From Acholeplasmataceae bacterium (GTDB lineage Bacteria; Bacillota_I; Bacilli_A; Acholeplasmatales; Acholeplasmataceae), in NCBI GenBank assembly GCA_963667565.1, contig OY763415.1, positions 800,001 to 864,000 of the forward strand: a stretch of DNA of 64,000 bases, given 5' to 3'. Shown here in pieces: positions 39,066 to 49,456 of the stretch (its first letter is position 1; each line of letters starts with the position of its first letter). Position numbers and translations under genes: made by a program. Under the pieces are notes generated by a model. That model was not told the DNA's origin. It did no database searches and saw only the letters and a program-made list of their open reading frames with translations.

Positions 39066-39928
39066 ATCGCTTGCTCCCTACTAAATCCATTGCCTAATGC
39101 TTCTTTTGTTCTAGTAACAAATGTAAAAGCATTTGGATCTGTTTCTTTGATAATCATTTTAAATGTATATAACTGTAATCGATCAACAGTACAGATGATC
39201 ATATCACGTTCTTGTTTTCTAAATCCACCGACAACTTTTGATATCGTAATACCACGATCTAATTTTAGATAGATTTCAGTTTTAATTTCTTCTGTTTTAT
39301 TTGTAACAATAAATACTGTGAAACCCGATAAACCTTCAATGGATAATTGATCAATAATGATCCCACTTAATAGCATGGCTCCGAAAGCGTATAATCCATG
39401 TTGGAAATCTAAAAACAACGCAATAAGAATAATGGTTCCATCAATAAAGTATACGGCTAGATGAAATGGAATTTTTGCATATTTAGTGAGTATTTTTTGT
39501 AACACATCAATACCACCAGTAGTTGCATTATTTCTAATAACAACTGCGAGTCCAAAACCTACCATAAGTCCACCAAATATAGCAGATATGAGTAATGGAG
39601 ATTCGGTCATATGTTGCATAAAAAAGTTTGGATCAATGGTTTGTTCTAATATCCATAAAATCAGCGGTGACAGTAAAGTTGCATATATAGTTTTCATAAA
39701 AAACACTTTACCTAAGACAACAAGTCCAATCAATAATAAAACAACATTAGCAATAAATATGAAGGTTGAAACAGGTATATAGTCTTGTATAAGTACAGAA
39801 ATACCCATAACTCCACCAATCACTAAATTAAGAGGTAATAAGAAAAAATAGAAACCAAATGACATAACTATGACGCCTAATGTGATTTCTAAAACTTCTC
39901 TGATCTTTGCTTTATTCATGTTCATCAC
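39047..39928 (-). CDS. YitT family membrane protein
   Basis: GGVMGIS, ATTGGID, LDRGIT, DPNAF, GNGF. Confidence 0.9.
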   Translation of the reverse strand: MMNMNKAKIREVLEITLGVIVMSFGFYFFLLPLNLVIGGVMGISVLIQDYIPVSTFIFIANVVLLLIGLVVLGKVFFMKTIYATLLSPLILWILEQTIDPNFFMQHMTESPLLISAIFGGLMVGFGLAVVIRNNATTGGIDVLQKILTKYAKIPFHLAVYFIDGTIILIALFLDFQHGLYAFGAMLLSGIIIDQLSIEGLSGFTVFIVTNKTEEIKTEIYLKLDRGITISKVVGGFRKQERDMIICTVDRLQLYTFKMIIKETDPNAFTFVTRTKEALGNGFSREQAIWERKN

Positions 39929-41012
39929 CAGCTTTTAAATAGGCATTAATAAAACCATCAATGTCGCCATCCATGACTTGATCAATTTGTCCAACTTCAA
40001 AATTAGTTCGATGATCTTTAACCATTTGATATGGATGAAAAACATAAGATCTAATTTGCGATCCCCATGCAATATCTTTTTGTTCACCTTTAATATTTTT
40101 CATGGTTTCTTCTTGTTTTTTTATTTCTTCTTGCACTAATTTTGTTTTTAAAATTTTAAACGCAGTTTCTTTATTTTTAATTTGACTACGCTCATTTTGA
40201 CATGTCACAACAATTCCTGAAGGAAGGTGAGTAATTCTTACAGCTGAGTCAGTTGTATTAACAGATTGACCACCTGCACCACTACTTCTATAAACGTCAA
40301 TCTTTAAATCTTCATCTTTAATTTCTATTTCAATATCATCATCAAACTCTGGCATTACATCAAGTGACGCAAAAGATGTATGACGTCGTGCATTAGAATC
40401 AAATGGTGAAATTCTTACAAGTCGATGTACGCCACGCTCTGCTTTTAAATAACCAAATGCATAAGGTCCTTTAACACGCATAGTCACACTTTTAATACCA
40501 GCTTCTTCACCTGCTTGATAATCTAAGACTTCAACTTTATAACGTCTTCTTTGAGCAAATCTGGTATACATTCTATAAAGCATATCACACCAGTCTTGAG
40601 ATTCAGTACCACCCGCACCTGGATGTAATTCTAAAATAGCATCATGATCATCATATGGACCATTAAGCAGTGTTTTAATTTCAAATTCTTTAAGTGTCTT
40701 TTCAAGTGATTTAATGTCATCTTCTAAAATACTCCACTCCTCAGTGTCTTCTTCGGAAATTTCAAACCACTCTATTAATTGTTTTAACTTATTTTCTAAT
40801 CGATAATATTCATCAATTTTTTCTTTAATACTGGTAGCATCTTTTGACACTTTTCGCGCTTGATTAGGATCATTCCAAAAATCTGGCGCTTGCATTTTTT
40901 CGTTCAATGATTCATATTTTTGATTAAGCAATTCAGGTTTCAAAGCGTTATTTAAATCTTGAATTCTTGTTTCAAATGAACCAATCATTTTATTAACGTC
41001 GTAGCGCTCCAT
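39912..41012 (-). CDS. prfB: Peptide chain release factor 2
   Basis: SPF tripeptide, GAGGQ, GAGGTESQDW; follows secA. Confidence 0.97.
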   Translation of the reverse strand: MERYDVNKMIGSFETRIQDLNNALKPELLNQKYESLNEKMQAPDFWNDPNQARKVSKDATSIKEKIDEYYRLENKLKQLIEWFEISEEDTEEWSILEDDIKSLEKTLKEFEIKTLLNGPYDDHDAILELHPGAGGTESQDWCDMLYRMYTRFAQRRRYKVEVLDYQAGEEAGIKSVTMRVKGPYAFGYLKAERGVHRLVRISPFDSNARRHTSFASLDVMPEFDDDIEIEIKDEDLKIDVYRSSGAGGQSVNTTDSAVRITHLPSGIVVTCQNERSQIKNKETAFKILKTKLVQEEIKKQEETMKNIKGEQKDIAWGSQIRSYVFHPYQMVKDHRTNFEVGQIDQVMDGDIDGFINAYLKAGDEHE

Positions 41013-41024
41013 GAAATGACCTCC

Positions 41025-43496
41025 TTATCTCCAAGGCATGTTTCTTTGGCCTTTATTTTTTCTTACTTTTGGTTTTTTTGGTTTTGAAGCATCTGATGAT
41101 CCTTCATTTGTTCTTGTATTTTTAACGACTTCTTCACGTTCAGTGTTATATCTGATTTGTGCGCGTAGAGCATATCTAGTTACATCTTGATTGATGTTAT
41201 CTATCATCTCATTAAATAGTCTTAATCCTTCTCTTTGATATACAACAAGTGGGTTTTGTTGAGCATATGATTGTAATCTTACACCTTGACGTAATTCATC
41301 CATGACATCAATATGACGCATCCAGAATGTGTCAATCACTCTAAGCATAACAACTTTTAAAAACTCATTATAAACTTGAGCAGGAACTTCTGCTTTTTTG
41401 CGATCAAGTTCTTCTTTTCCTAAAGATTGAATGTAATCAGTAAAAGCTTCGTGTGTTAGTGTTTCTAGATATTCTTTCTTAATTGTACCTGGTGCAAATA
41501 ATGGACCTTCAAAATGCTTGTATGCAGCATCAAAGTTCACTTCATATACATTTTTTCCTGTTTGTGTAATAAATTGTTCTGCTTGTGCTAAAAGTGTATT
41601 TGAAACTGTTTGTCTAACTTGTTCTTCAATAGATTCTAAAATAAGGACGTCACGACGTTCTTTATAGATGATTTCTCTTTGCTTTCTAATGACATCATCA
41701 TATTTTAAAACTTGCTTACGAGAATCATAGTTATTACCTTCAATACGTTTTTGTGCACTCGTAACAAATCTAGAGAACATTTTAAATGATAAAGGTTCAC
41801 CAGTGGTGTTCATTTTATCTAACATTTCAAGTCTTTGCTTAAATGATTCTCCACCGAATCTAACCATAAGTTCATCATCAGCAGATAAGTAGAAACGTGA
41901 ATATCCTGGATCACCTTGACGACCACTACGTCCTCTTAACTGGTTATCAATTCTTCGTGATTCATGGCGTTCACTACCGATAACGGCAAGTCCACCAAGT
42001 TCAACGACACCTTCACCAAGTTTAATATCTGTCCCACGACCAGCCATATTAGTTGCAATTGTAACAGAACCTTTAAGTCCAGCTTTAGCAACAATTTCAG
42101 CTTCTCTTTCATGGTTTTTAGCATTTAAAACTTCATGAGGTATTCTCATAAGTTTTAATTTTCTTGAAACTAATTCAGAAGTTTCAACTGCAATCGTACC
42201 AATTAAGACTGGTTGACCTTTTTCGAATTTTTCTTTAACTTCATTACATAAAGCATCGAATTTTTCTTCTAAGCCAACATATATAAAATCGGGTTCATCT
42301 TTTCTAATCACAGGTCTATTTGTTGGTACTTCAACAACATCCATGTTATAAATTTCTCTAAATTCTTCTTCTTCAGTTTTTGCAGTCCCAGTCATACCTG
42401 AAAGTTTCTTATACATTCTAAAGAAATTTTGATATGTTATGGTAGCAACTGTCACTGTTTCTTGTTTAATATTAACGCCTTCTTTAGCCTCTAAAGCTTG
42501 ATGAAGACCTTCAGAAAATTGACGACCTTTTAAAATACGACCTGTAAATTGATCGACAATAAGTACTTCGCCATCTTGAACAACATATTCTTTATCTCTT
42601 GCCATAATATAATTTGCACGAAGTGCATTATTGATATGATGAACAAGTGATACATATTTTAAATCATATAAATTATCAATTTGGAATATTTTTTCAGCTT
42701 TTTCAATACCTGCAGGTGTGAGTTCAATTGTTTTTGTTTCTACATCAATTTCAAATTCATCGTCTCTAAGTGATTTTGTAAAACGATCTGCAGACTGATA
42801 TAAATTCATATTATTTTTAGAACCACCAGAAATAATCAGTGGTGTTCTTGCTTCATCAATTAAAATAGAGTCAACTTCATCGATAATTGCATAATTTAAT
42901 CCACGTTGTGCAACCATATCTTTAGCATAAAGTACCATGTGATCTCTTAAATAATCAAATCCTAATTCACTATTTGTTGAATATAGAATATCACAATCGT
43001 AAGCAGCTTTTTTCTCTTCTCTTGTGATATCTCTTAAGTTAAGACCTACTGTTAATCCTAAAAATCTAAAAAGATCACCAATCTCGCCTTCAGTTTCACG
43101 TTTAGCAAGATATTCATTGACTGTAACGATATGAACACCTTCACCGTTTAGTGCACTTAAATAAGCAGGCATAACAGCGGTTAAAGTTTTCCCTTCACCA
43201 GTCTTCATTTCAGCAATGTTACCATGGAAAATAGCAACCGCACCACAGACTTGGACAAAATATGGAAACAGTCCAGTCACACGTCTAGAAGCTTCACGTA
43301 CAACAGCAAAAGCTTCGACCATGAGATCTTCTAACGTTTCTCCATCAATGTATCTTTTTTTGAATTCTTCAGTTTTATTTGTTAATGCTTGGTCAGTCAG
43401 TTTTGCCATCTCATCTTCTAATTTAAATACTTGATGAGCAATGACTTCTGCCTTCTTTAGTTCTTTTTTACCTGGGTCAAATAAGTTTTTAAACAT
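41025..43496 (-). CDS. secA: Preprotein translocase ATPase SecA
   Basis: [53 protein letters not shown]. Confidence 0.98.
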   Translation of the reverse strand: MFKNLFDPGKKELKKAEVIAHQVFKLEDEMAKLTDQALTNKTEEFKKRYIDGETLEDLMVEAFAVVREASRRVTGLFPYFVQVCGAVAIFHGNIAEMKTGEGKTLTAVMPAYLSALNGEGVHIVTVNEYLAKRETEGEIGDLFRFLGLTVGLNLRDITREEKKAAYDCDILYSTNSELGFDYLRDHMVLYAKDMVAQRGLNYAIIDEVDSILIDEARTPLIISGGSKNNMNLYQSADRFTKSLRDDEFEIDVETKTIELTPAGIEKAEKIFQIDNLYDLKYVSLVHHINNALRANYIMARDKEYVVQDGEVLIVDQFTGRILKGRQFSEGLHQALEAKEGVNIKQETVTVATITYQNFFRMYKKLSGMTGTAKTEEEEFREIYNMDVVEVPTNRPVIRKDEPDFIYVGLEEKFDALCNEVKEKFEKGQPVLIGTIAVETSELVSRKLKLMRIPHEVLNAKNHEREAEIVAKAGLKGSVTIATNMAGRGTDIKLGEGVVELGGLAVIGSERHESRRIDNQLRGRSGRQGDPGYSRFYLSADDELMVRFGGESFKQRLEMLDKMNTTGEPLSFKMFSRFVTSAQKRIEGNNYDSRKQVLKYDDVIRKQREIIYKERRDVLILESIEEQVRQTVSNTLLAQAEQFITQTGKNVYEVNFDAAYKHFEGPLFAPGTIKKEYLETLTHEAFTDYIQSLGKEELDRKKAEVPAQVYNEFLKVVMLRVIDTFWMRHIDVMDELRQGVRLQSYAQQNPLVVYQREGLRLFNEMIDNINQDVTRYALRAQIRYNTEREEVVKNTRTNEGSSDASKPKKPKVRKNKGQRNMPWR

Positions 43497-43658
43497 ATGT
43501 ACACTTCCTTTGCATTCTCTATTATATTACTATAATAGAGCGATTTTTACAACAATCTTAAGTGCTTTAAAGACATTTTACACAATTTAACAATATATCA
43601 ATTTAAAATTGACAAAAAAAATAGAATGCATCGCATTCTATCATTTTTATTTTATAAA

Positions 43659-44207
43659 TTAAAAATCAAATTTAACGTCTTGACGTTTAGCTTCTTCAGC
43701 TTCAAAGAATTCACGTTTAGTAAATTTCTTCCAATTAGCGATTACACTACTTGGGAAAACTACTAATTTTTGATTGTATACAGATACATTTGAATTGTAT
43801 ACTCTTCTAGCTGCTTGTAAGTTTTCTTCAACTTCAGTAGTAGAATCTTGAAGTTTTGCAACATTTGCAGATGCTTTTAAGTCAGGATATTGTTCTACAA
43901 CTACATTGATTGCTTCTAATCCTCTTGTCATTTGATTTGCAAATTCTTGTTTTTCTTTCATACTTGCACCATGACCAGGTTGACGCATTGCAACAACTTC
44001 AGTTAATGTGTCTTTTTCATGTTTCATGTAACCTTTAGTTGCAGCAAACATTTTCGTTAATAAATCAAATCTCTTAGTTAATGCAACATCAATACTTGAT
44101 TCAGATTCATCAATTTTAACTTGCATGACTCTAAATTGATTTGTTGTTGAAATAACCCAAAAAATAATGATGACTGCTACGACAGCAGCTCCTATAGCAT
44201 ATGGCAT
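43659..44207 (-). CDS. lemA: LemA family protein
   Basis: N-terminal TM, IDVALTKRFDL, EQYPDLKAS, ARRVYN, FPS. Confidence 0.93.
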   Translation of the reverse strand: MPYAIGAAVVAVIIIFWVISTTNQFRVMQVKIDESESSIDVALTKRFDLLTKMFAATKGYMKHEKDTLTEVVAMRQPGHGASMKEKQEFANQMTRGLEAINVVVEQYPDLKASANVAKLQDSTTEVEENLQAARRVYNSNVSVYNQKLVVFPSSVIANWKKFTKREFFEAEEAKRQDVKFDF

Positions 44208-44221
44208 ATAATTTCTCCTTT

Positions 44222-44308
44222 TTATTCTTCTTTATCATGAGATCCAAAGATCACAAATAACATAATTCCAATAAATATTAGTCCTAATACAACAATTCCA
44301 ATACCCAT
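44222..44308 (-). CDS. Unannotated 28-aa single-TM microprotein
   Basis: Translated by hand: MGIGIVVLGLIFIGIMLFVIFGSHDKEE*; fills the gap between DUF3137 and lemA. Confidence 0.55.
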   Translation of the reverse strand: MGIGIVVLGLIFIGIMLFVIFGSHDKEE

Positions 44309-44327
44309 ATAACTTCAATTTCCCCTA

Positions 44328-45236
44328 TTAATCCTGTTTCTTGAATTTTTGACTATCCAATCTAAACTCATTAATGATTGCAGCAATCATCTCAATATCA
44401 TCAAGCACTGGCTTTAATGCTTCTTCAGTTACTGGTTTCTTATAAGAGAATTCTAAGTAGTCCTTACGATCATTGATACCAATATGTAACTCATTATCCA
44501 TAAAACAATAAAGAATTTGTCCACGATGCATTTTTTCTAATTTAAGTAGTTTTTCAATCATTGAAGACGTGATTTGATAAAATCCATATTCTTTTGAAGT
44601 TGCATAAATCGTGAATTTTTTATTGAATTCGATACTTTCTGTATCCATTTTTTCGAATCCTTTTTTATTAAATCCGAAACGCGATTCAATAATTTTAAGT
44701 CCATCTTTAAAATGACGTTCAAAACGATAAGTAATCCAACGTCCTTTAAAGTAAGTATCATAAGTATAATAAACATTGCCCTTAGAATCTCTGTGTTCAA
44801 CTCTTTCTTTTAAATCAAGATCAGAAGTTTCAAATTGAATCCCTTTATAACTTGCTCTAAAATAATCTTCCATCGTATAACGATCTGGTCTTTTTACAGT
44901 ATCAGTCTTAAGGACATTTTGAAGTCCTATTCCACCTTTTTGATCATAGAATACATCTTCATATGTTTCTTTTAAAAGGGTTGTAACAAGTTCATTCTTA
45001 ACAACTTTGTTATATTGTTGGATATAACCATATCCTTTTCCAATAATGACAAATCCAACAATTAAAATCACAAATCCAACAGCGACTAAAGCAAAGATGC
45101 TTAATAGTGCTCCAGCTACAATGATTAATATCCCTGGAATGATAAATAATAAACTTTTATTTCTTTCTTTTGCGTAAGATTCGACTGCATTGAGTCTTTT
45201 TTGCTCAATCGCTTCAAGTTGTTTCATTGACATCAC
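44328..45236 (-). CDS. DUF3137 domain membrane protein
   Basis: Two N-terminal TMs, ED..., FKGRW, ESIEFNKKF; typical lemA neighbour. Confidence 0.8.
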   Translation of the reverse strand: MMSMKQLEAIEQKRLNAVESYAKERNKSLLFIIPGILIIVAGALLSIFALVAVGFVILIVGFVIIGKGYGYIQQYNKVVKNELVTTLLKETYEDVFYDQKGGIGLQNVLKTDTVKRPDRYTMEDYFRASYKGIQFETSDLDLKERVEHRDSKGNVYYTYDTYFKGRWITYRFERHFKDGLKIIESRFGFNKKGFEKMDTESIEFNKKFTIYATSKEYGFYQITSSMIEKLLKLEKMHRGQILYCFMDNELHIGINDRKDYLEFSYKKPVTEEALKPVLDDIEMIAAIINEFRLDSQKFKKQD

Positions 45237-45247
45237 CTGAAACTATT

Positions 45248-46396
45248 TTATAATAATTCTTTAAATAATTCAATCTTATCGAGTTTTTCCCATGTAAAAT
45301 CCGTATTTGACTTTCCAAAATGGCCATATTGTGTGGTTTTACGATATATAGGTTTATTTAAATCAAGTGTTTTTATGATACCTCTTGGTGTTAAATCAAA
45401 TTGATTAATCACTGTGTTATATATAAGGTCATGATCAACTTTTTCTGTTCCAAAAGTATTAATATTAACTGAAATGGGTTCTGCAATACCAATGGCATAC
45501 GCAAGTTGAATTTCACATGCATCAGCAATACCTGATGCAACGATATTTTTGGCAATATATCTTGCCATATATGCAGCTGAACGGTCAACTTTTGTTGCAT
45601 CTTTACCTGAAAATGCACCTCCACCATGTCTAGCATATCCACCATATGTATCTACAATAATCTTACGACCAGTGAGCCCAGCATCACCATGAGGTCCACC
45701 CATAACAAACCTTCCTGTTGGATTAATCTTAAACTCTGTATTTGTTAAATCATAATCTTTAAATACTGGCTTAATGACATGTTTGATCATCGCTTGATGT
45801 AAATCTTCTTGATGCCATTCAGGATCGTGTTGTGTTGATAAGACAATCGTGTGAATAAATGCAAACTTATGATTTTCATCATAAGCAATCGTGACTTGTG
45901 TTTTTCCATCAGGACGAAGACCTTTAACAATATCTTGTTTACGAACGTATGTTAATCTTTCTGCTAATCTATGTGCTAAATAAATAGGCAATGGTAAAAA
46001 TGTGTCAGTATCATTGTTTGCATAACCAAACATAAAACCTTGATCACCAGCACCTAATGATTTCTTTTCTTTTTTATTAACACCTAGAGCAATATCATCT
46101 GATTGTTTTTTGACTCTGACTTCAACTTTTACTTCATCAGCATTATAACCATATGCTTCTTTGTTATAGCCGATAAACTTGATTGCATCTTTGACAACTC
46201 TTTCATAATCTATGGTTGCGTTACTTGTAATTTCACCAAATAATAAAGCGTAGTTGGTCGTTACTGCAGTTTCAATTGCCACTCTAGAAAATGGATCTTG
46301 CTCTAAACATGCATCTAAAATAGAATCTGAAATATAATCAGCTACTTTATCTGGATGTCCCTCTGTGACGGATTCACTACTAAATAATTGATACAT
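45248..46396 (-). CDS. metK: S-adenosylmethionine synthetase
   Basis: SESVTEGHPDK, GAGDQG, GGGAFSGKD. Confidence 0.98.
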   Translation of the reverse strand: MYQLFSSESVTEGHPDKVADYISDSILDACLEQDPFSRVAIETAVTTNYALLFGEITSNATIDYERVVKDAIKFIGYNKEAYGYNADEVKVEVRVKKQSDDIALGVNKKEKKSLGAGDQGFMFGYANNDTDTFLPLPIYLAHRLAERLTYVRKQDIVKGLRPDGKTQVTIAYDENHKFAFIHTIVLSTQHDPEWHQEDLHQAMIKHVIKPVFKDYDLTNTEFKINPTGRFVMGGPHGDAGLTGRKIIVDTYGGYARHGGGAFSGKDATKVDRSAAYMARYIAKNIVASGIADACEIQLAYAIGIAEPISVNINTFGTEKVDHDLIYNTVINQFDLTPRGIIKTLDLNKPIYRKTTQYGHFGKSNTDFTWEKLDKIELFKELL

Positions 46397-46411
46397 AAAA
46401 AAAACCTCCTG

Positions 46412-46452
46412 TTAAAAAACAAAACGCTTCTCGAAGGAAAAGCGTCTGTTTT
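46412..46452 (-). terminator. Riboswitch-controlled terminator before metK
   Basis: ACAGACGCTTTTC-CTTC-GAGAAGCGTTTTGT followed by TTTTT. Confidence 0.8.
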
Positions 46453-46453
46453 C

Positions 46454-46548
46454 CTTATTGATAGACTTATTAGTCCCTTGTGGAAGCACCTAATTTAAGT
46501 AGGTTGCTGCTATATCACCGGCCACGTTCCTCTATAGCTCTTAATAAA
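46454..46548 (-). ncRNA. SAM-I (S-box) riboswitch
   Basis: TTATTAAGAG...GAGGAACGTGGCC...GCAGCAACC...GGTGCT...CAATAAG directly upstream of metK and its terminator. Confidence 0.88.
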
Positions 46549-46623
46549 GTAAAATATTAATTTTATACTTGCGTAATCATATTACATGAAAGATCACTTA
46601 AAGTCAATCATTATCTTTTCAGA

Positions 46624-47946
46624 TTAGAAATTATTATACATTTCCATAAATTCATCATTAAATTTTAAAAATCTCTCTTTCAAATTGTAATCAAAAAATG
46701 TTCCTAATTCATTTTGAAAAGCTTTTAAAACAATCGAATGAGCAAGTGGTCTCTTATAAGATTTAGGTCCTCTCATTGTCATATATAAATCACTTAACAA
46801 AATGATTTGAGAATCAATTTCTGGTTGAATATCTAGCATATCTTTAATGAAATGCTCATTAATTGTTTCTTCAATATATGCTCTTGCGATATCTTCACAT
46901 TTTTGAGCTAACTGCAAGCGTCTAGCGATTTGTGACCCTAATTCTGTTTTTGCTTTAAGTAAATCAAATGTTTGCTCATCATAATGATTCATGTCATCAA
47001 GCATGTTTTTGATTTCGCTAAATTGTAAATGAATCATTGCATATTGATTCATCTGATTAATATCTTCAATATTCAAACCGAAATACCCACCTAGTTTTTC
47101 ACTCATTTGTTGGACTAGATAAGCATGTCTTTTATCCATAAGTGCATATGAACTTGAAAATACAACCGAGAATAAATCACCGACGATATGTGAAAAGTCA
47201 CGTTGAACCTGTCTTCTTTTCATAAGTTCATTACGTCTTTCTTCTTGCATATATTGTCCCATTGAAACAATGGCATAAACAACGAAGTAAAACAGGATAA
47301 ATAATAATGTTCTCAATAATATATCGCTAAATTCAGGTAAAGTCACAAATGTAAATCTTAAAAATTCTACAAACGATTGATTACCAACAATTTCTTGAAA
47401 ATTATATGTCCAAACCAAATGGATAAACGTCAGAAGTGCAAGTAATCCTTGAAAACTTCCACTTAATACTTTTTTCTCTTGATATAAGGATATAACGACA
47501 ACTGCATAATACATAAGAATGTATGCAGCAGTTTCAAAATAATCTATATTATAAAGTCTTGCATAGATTAATATTGCTGAAAAGAATATATATAAGGATG
47601 CAACATACATTGCGACCATTTGTTTAGTTCTATCATGTTGATCCAAAAAGATTAATTTTCTTAACAGTTTATTAATTGCATAAGTGATTGGAAAAATGAT
47701 CACAGTCATCACCCAATTACTCACTTTTGTATCTGGATTAGTATTGGTAATTGATAAGACAAATAAGATAAGTGAATACATCATATTGGTAATGAAGATG
47801 ATGTTCTTGATGACGACGTTTTTTCTAAAAAGAACTGCGACATCATCTGTAATATCAATGCCTTGCTCAAAACCAAAAAATTTAGCAAAGATTTCTCTGC
47901 CAAATAGTTTGATGCCAAATTTTTTGCGTTTTGATTTTAATGCCAT
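46624..47946 (-). CDS. Membrane protein with degenerate HD-GYP-like C-terminal domain
   Basis: About 6 TMs, then RHAYLVQQMS...IILLSDLYMTMRGPKSYKRPL...GTFFD. Confidence 0.6.
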   Translation of the reverse strand: MALKSKRKKFGIKLFGREIFAKFFGFEQGIDITDDVAVLFRKNVVIKNIIFITNMMYSLILFVLSITNTNPDTKVSNWVMTVIIFPITYAINKLLRKLIFLDQHDRTKQMVAMYVASLYIFFSAILIYARLYNIDYFETAAYILMYYAVVVISLYQEKKVLSGSFQGLLALLTFIHLVWTYNFQEIVGNQSFVEFLRFTFVTLPEFSDILLRTLLFILFYFVVYAIVSMGQYMQEERRNELMKRRQVQRDFSHIVGDLFSVVFSSSYALMDKRHAYLVQQMSEKLGGYFGLNIEDINQMNQYAMIHLQFSEIKNMLDDMNHYDEQTFDLLKAKTELGSQIARRLQLAQKCEDIARAYIEETINEHFIKDMLDIQPEIDSQIILLSDLYMTMRGPKSYKRPLAHSIVLKAFQNELGTFFDYNLKERFLKFNDEFMEMYNNF

Positions 47947-47956
47947 ATATGATCTC

Positions 47957-48520
47957 CTATTTTAAATCAAATAATGAGAATCTTTCTACATGAATATCTT
48001 CGTGTGCTAAATCTTCGTTCATGATTTGTGCAACTCTTGTAGATGCTGCTGCTGCAATCGCACCAACAATATCATCTAAGAATGTGTGACATACACCTTC
48101 TTTTTTTCCATCTTCGTTTAATTTTTGTACAATACCATGTTTATTGACATCAATGTCACCAAAATTAGTTTGTCCAATAGTTCCATATAATCCTGACACA
48201 TCAAGTCCCATTGTTTCATCAACACCAAATAAGCCTAAATCGTCATGGATAATATCTTGAATTGGTCCTTTAAACATACGTTCTTCTGCTAATCTATCAA
48301 TTTCACATGCAAGTTGAACATGATGAAAAATATCTCTTAAAGATAAAATTTTTTCAACAGATTCCACACAAATTTTCATTGAAACTTGATCAGAATATTT
48401 TGATTGTTGTTGAAAACTAATCTCTGCGATTGATTGAATATCAACGCCTCTTTGAGCCAATATCTGTTTATTAAGCTCTAACATTTCAGATCTTGTAAAT
48501 AGCAATTTCTTTTTAGCCAT
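47957..48520 (-). CDS. pgpA: Phosphatidylglycerophosphatase A family (YutG-like)
   Basis: QRGV, LFGVDE, YGTIGQTNFG, HTFLDDIVGAIAAAA. Confidence 0.85.
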   Translation of the reverse strand: MAKKKLLFTRSEMLELNKQILAQRGVDIQSIAEISFQQQSKYSDQVSMKICVESVEKILSLRDIFHHVQLACEIDRLAEERMFKGPIQDIIHDDLGLFGVDETMGLDVSGLYGTIGQTNFGDIDVNKHGIVQKLNEDGKKEGVCHTFLDDIVGAIAAAASTRVAQIMNEDLAHEDIHVERFSLFDLK

Positions 48521-49448
48521 GCGTATTACCACCTTTTATAATTTCTCCTTTTTTAAATAGTTGTTGACCATTTAAAAAATCTTTAGCGAGCATACGTTTT
48601 TTTCCTGGAATTTGTAATTCTATAATGTCTAATACGCCATCAATTGTTTTTATTAACAATTGTTTTTTAGCAAGTAGAATTTCACCAGGTAACGCGTTCT
48701 CTACTATTATATCACTTTTTTTAGCTTGATAAATCTTTATATGTTGACCTAAATAATCAAAATGAGCACCTGGTTCATCATATAAACCTCTTATTTTATT
48801 GATGATCATTTTTATAGGTTGTTCAAAATTAATTTCTTCATCTTCATATTTAATCGTATACGCAAATGTCACTTGTGATTCGTCTTGTACAAATCTTTCC
48901 TTAATTCCATTTGATAAATCAGTTAATACTTCATCTAATAAATTGGCACCTAGAACACTGAGTTTATCGACGAGTGTAAGATACGTATCCTCTTCCAAAA
49001 TAGGTATTGACTTTTGCTTAATGACATCCCCACTATCCATCTGATATGCCATGTACATGATTGATATACCTGTTTCATCATCACCATTAAAAAGTGCATA
49101 TTGAATAGGTGCACCTCCACGATATTTAGGAAGTAGTGAACCATGGACATTTAATGATGTAATGGGTTCAATGAGTCCTTTAGGTAGCATTTGACCATAT
49201 GCAGCAGTAATTAATAAGTCTGGTTTTAAATCAATAATTTTTTGATAATCTTTTCTAAGTTTGCTTGGTTGAAATACTTCTATTTGATGTTTTTGTGCAC
49301 ACATTTTAACAGGAGACATTGTAAGCACTTTTTTTCTTCCAACTTCTTTATCAGGTTGTGTAACAACCAATAATACTTCATGCTTTTCTATCAACATTTC
49401 TAATGTTGGAACTGCAAATTTTGGAGTTCCTAAAAATACAATTTTCAT
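48513..49448 (-). CDS. fmt: Methionyl-tRNA formyltransferase
   Basis: FLGTPKFA, VVTQPD, NVHGSLLPKYRGGAPIQ. Confidence 0.97.
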   Translation of the reverse strand: MKIVFLGTPKFAVPTLEMLIEKHEVLLVVTQPDKEVGRKKVLTMSPVKMCAQKHQIEVFQPSKLRKDYQKIIDLKPDLLITAAYGQMLPKGLIEPITSLNVHGSLLPKYRGGAPIQYALFNGDDETGISIMYMAYQMDSGDVIKQKSIPILEEDTYLTLVDKLSVLGANLLDEVLTDLSNGIKERFVQDESQVTFAYTIKYEDEEINFEQPIKMIINKIRGLYDEPGAHFDYLGQHIKIYQAKKSDIIVENALPGEILLAKKQLLIKTIDGVLDIIELQIPGKKRMLAKDFLNGQQLFKKGEIIKGGNTHG

Positions 49449-49456
49449 GTTATCAC

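Noticed and set aside
40935..40950. CTTTGA hexamer in prfB as an active frameshift site
   Set aside because: TGA is out of frame, there is no internal SD, and the ORF is already full length
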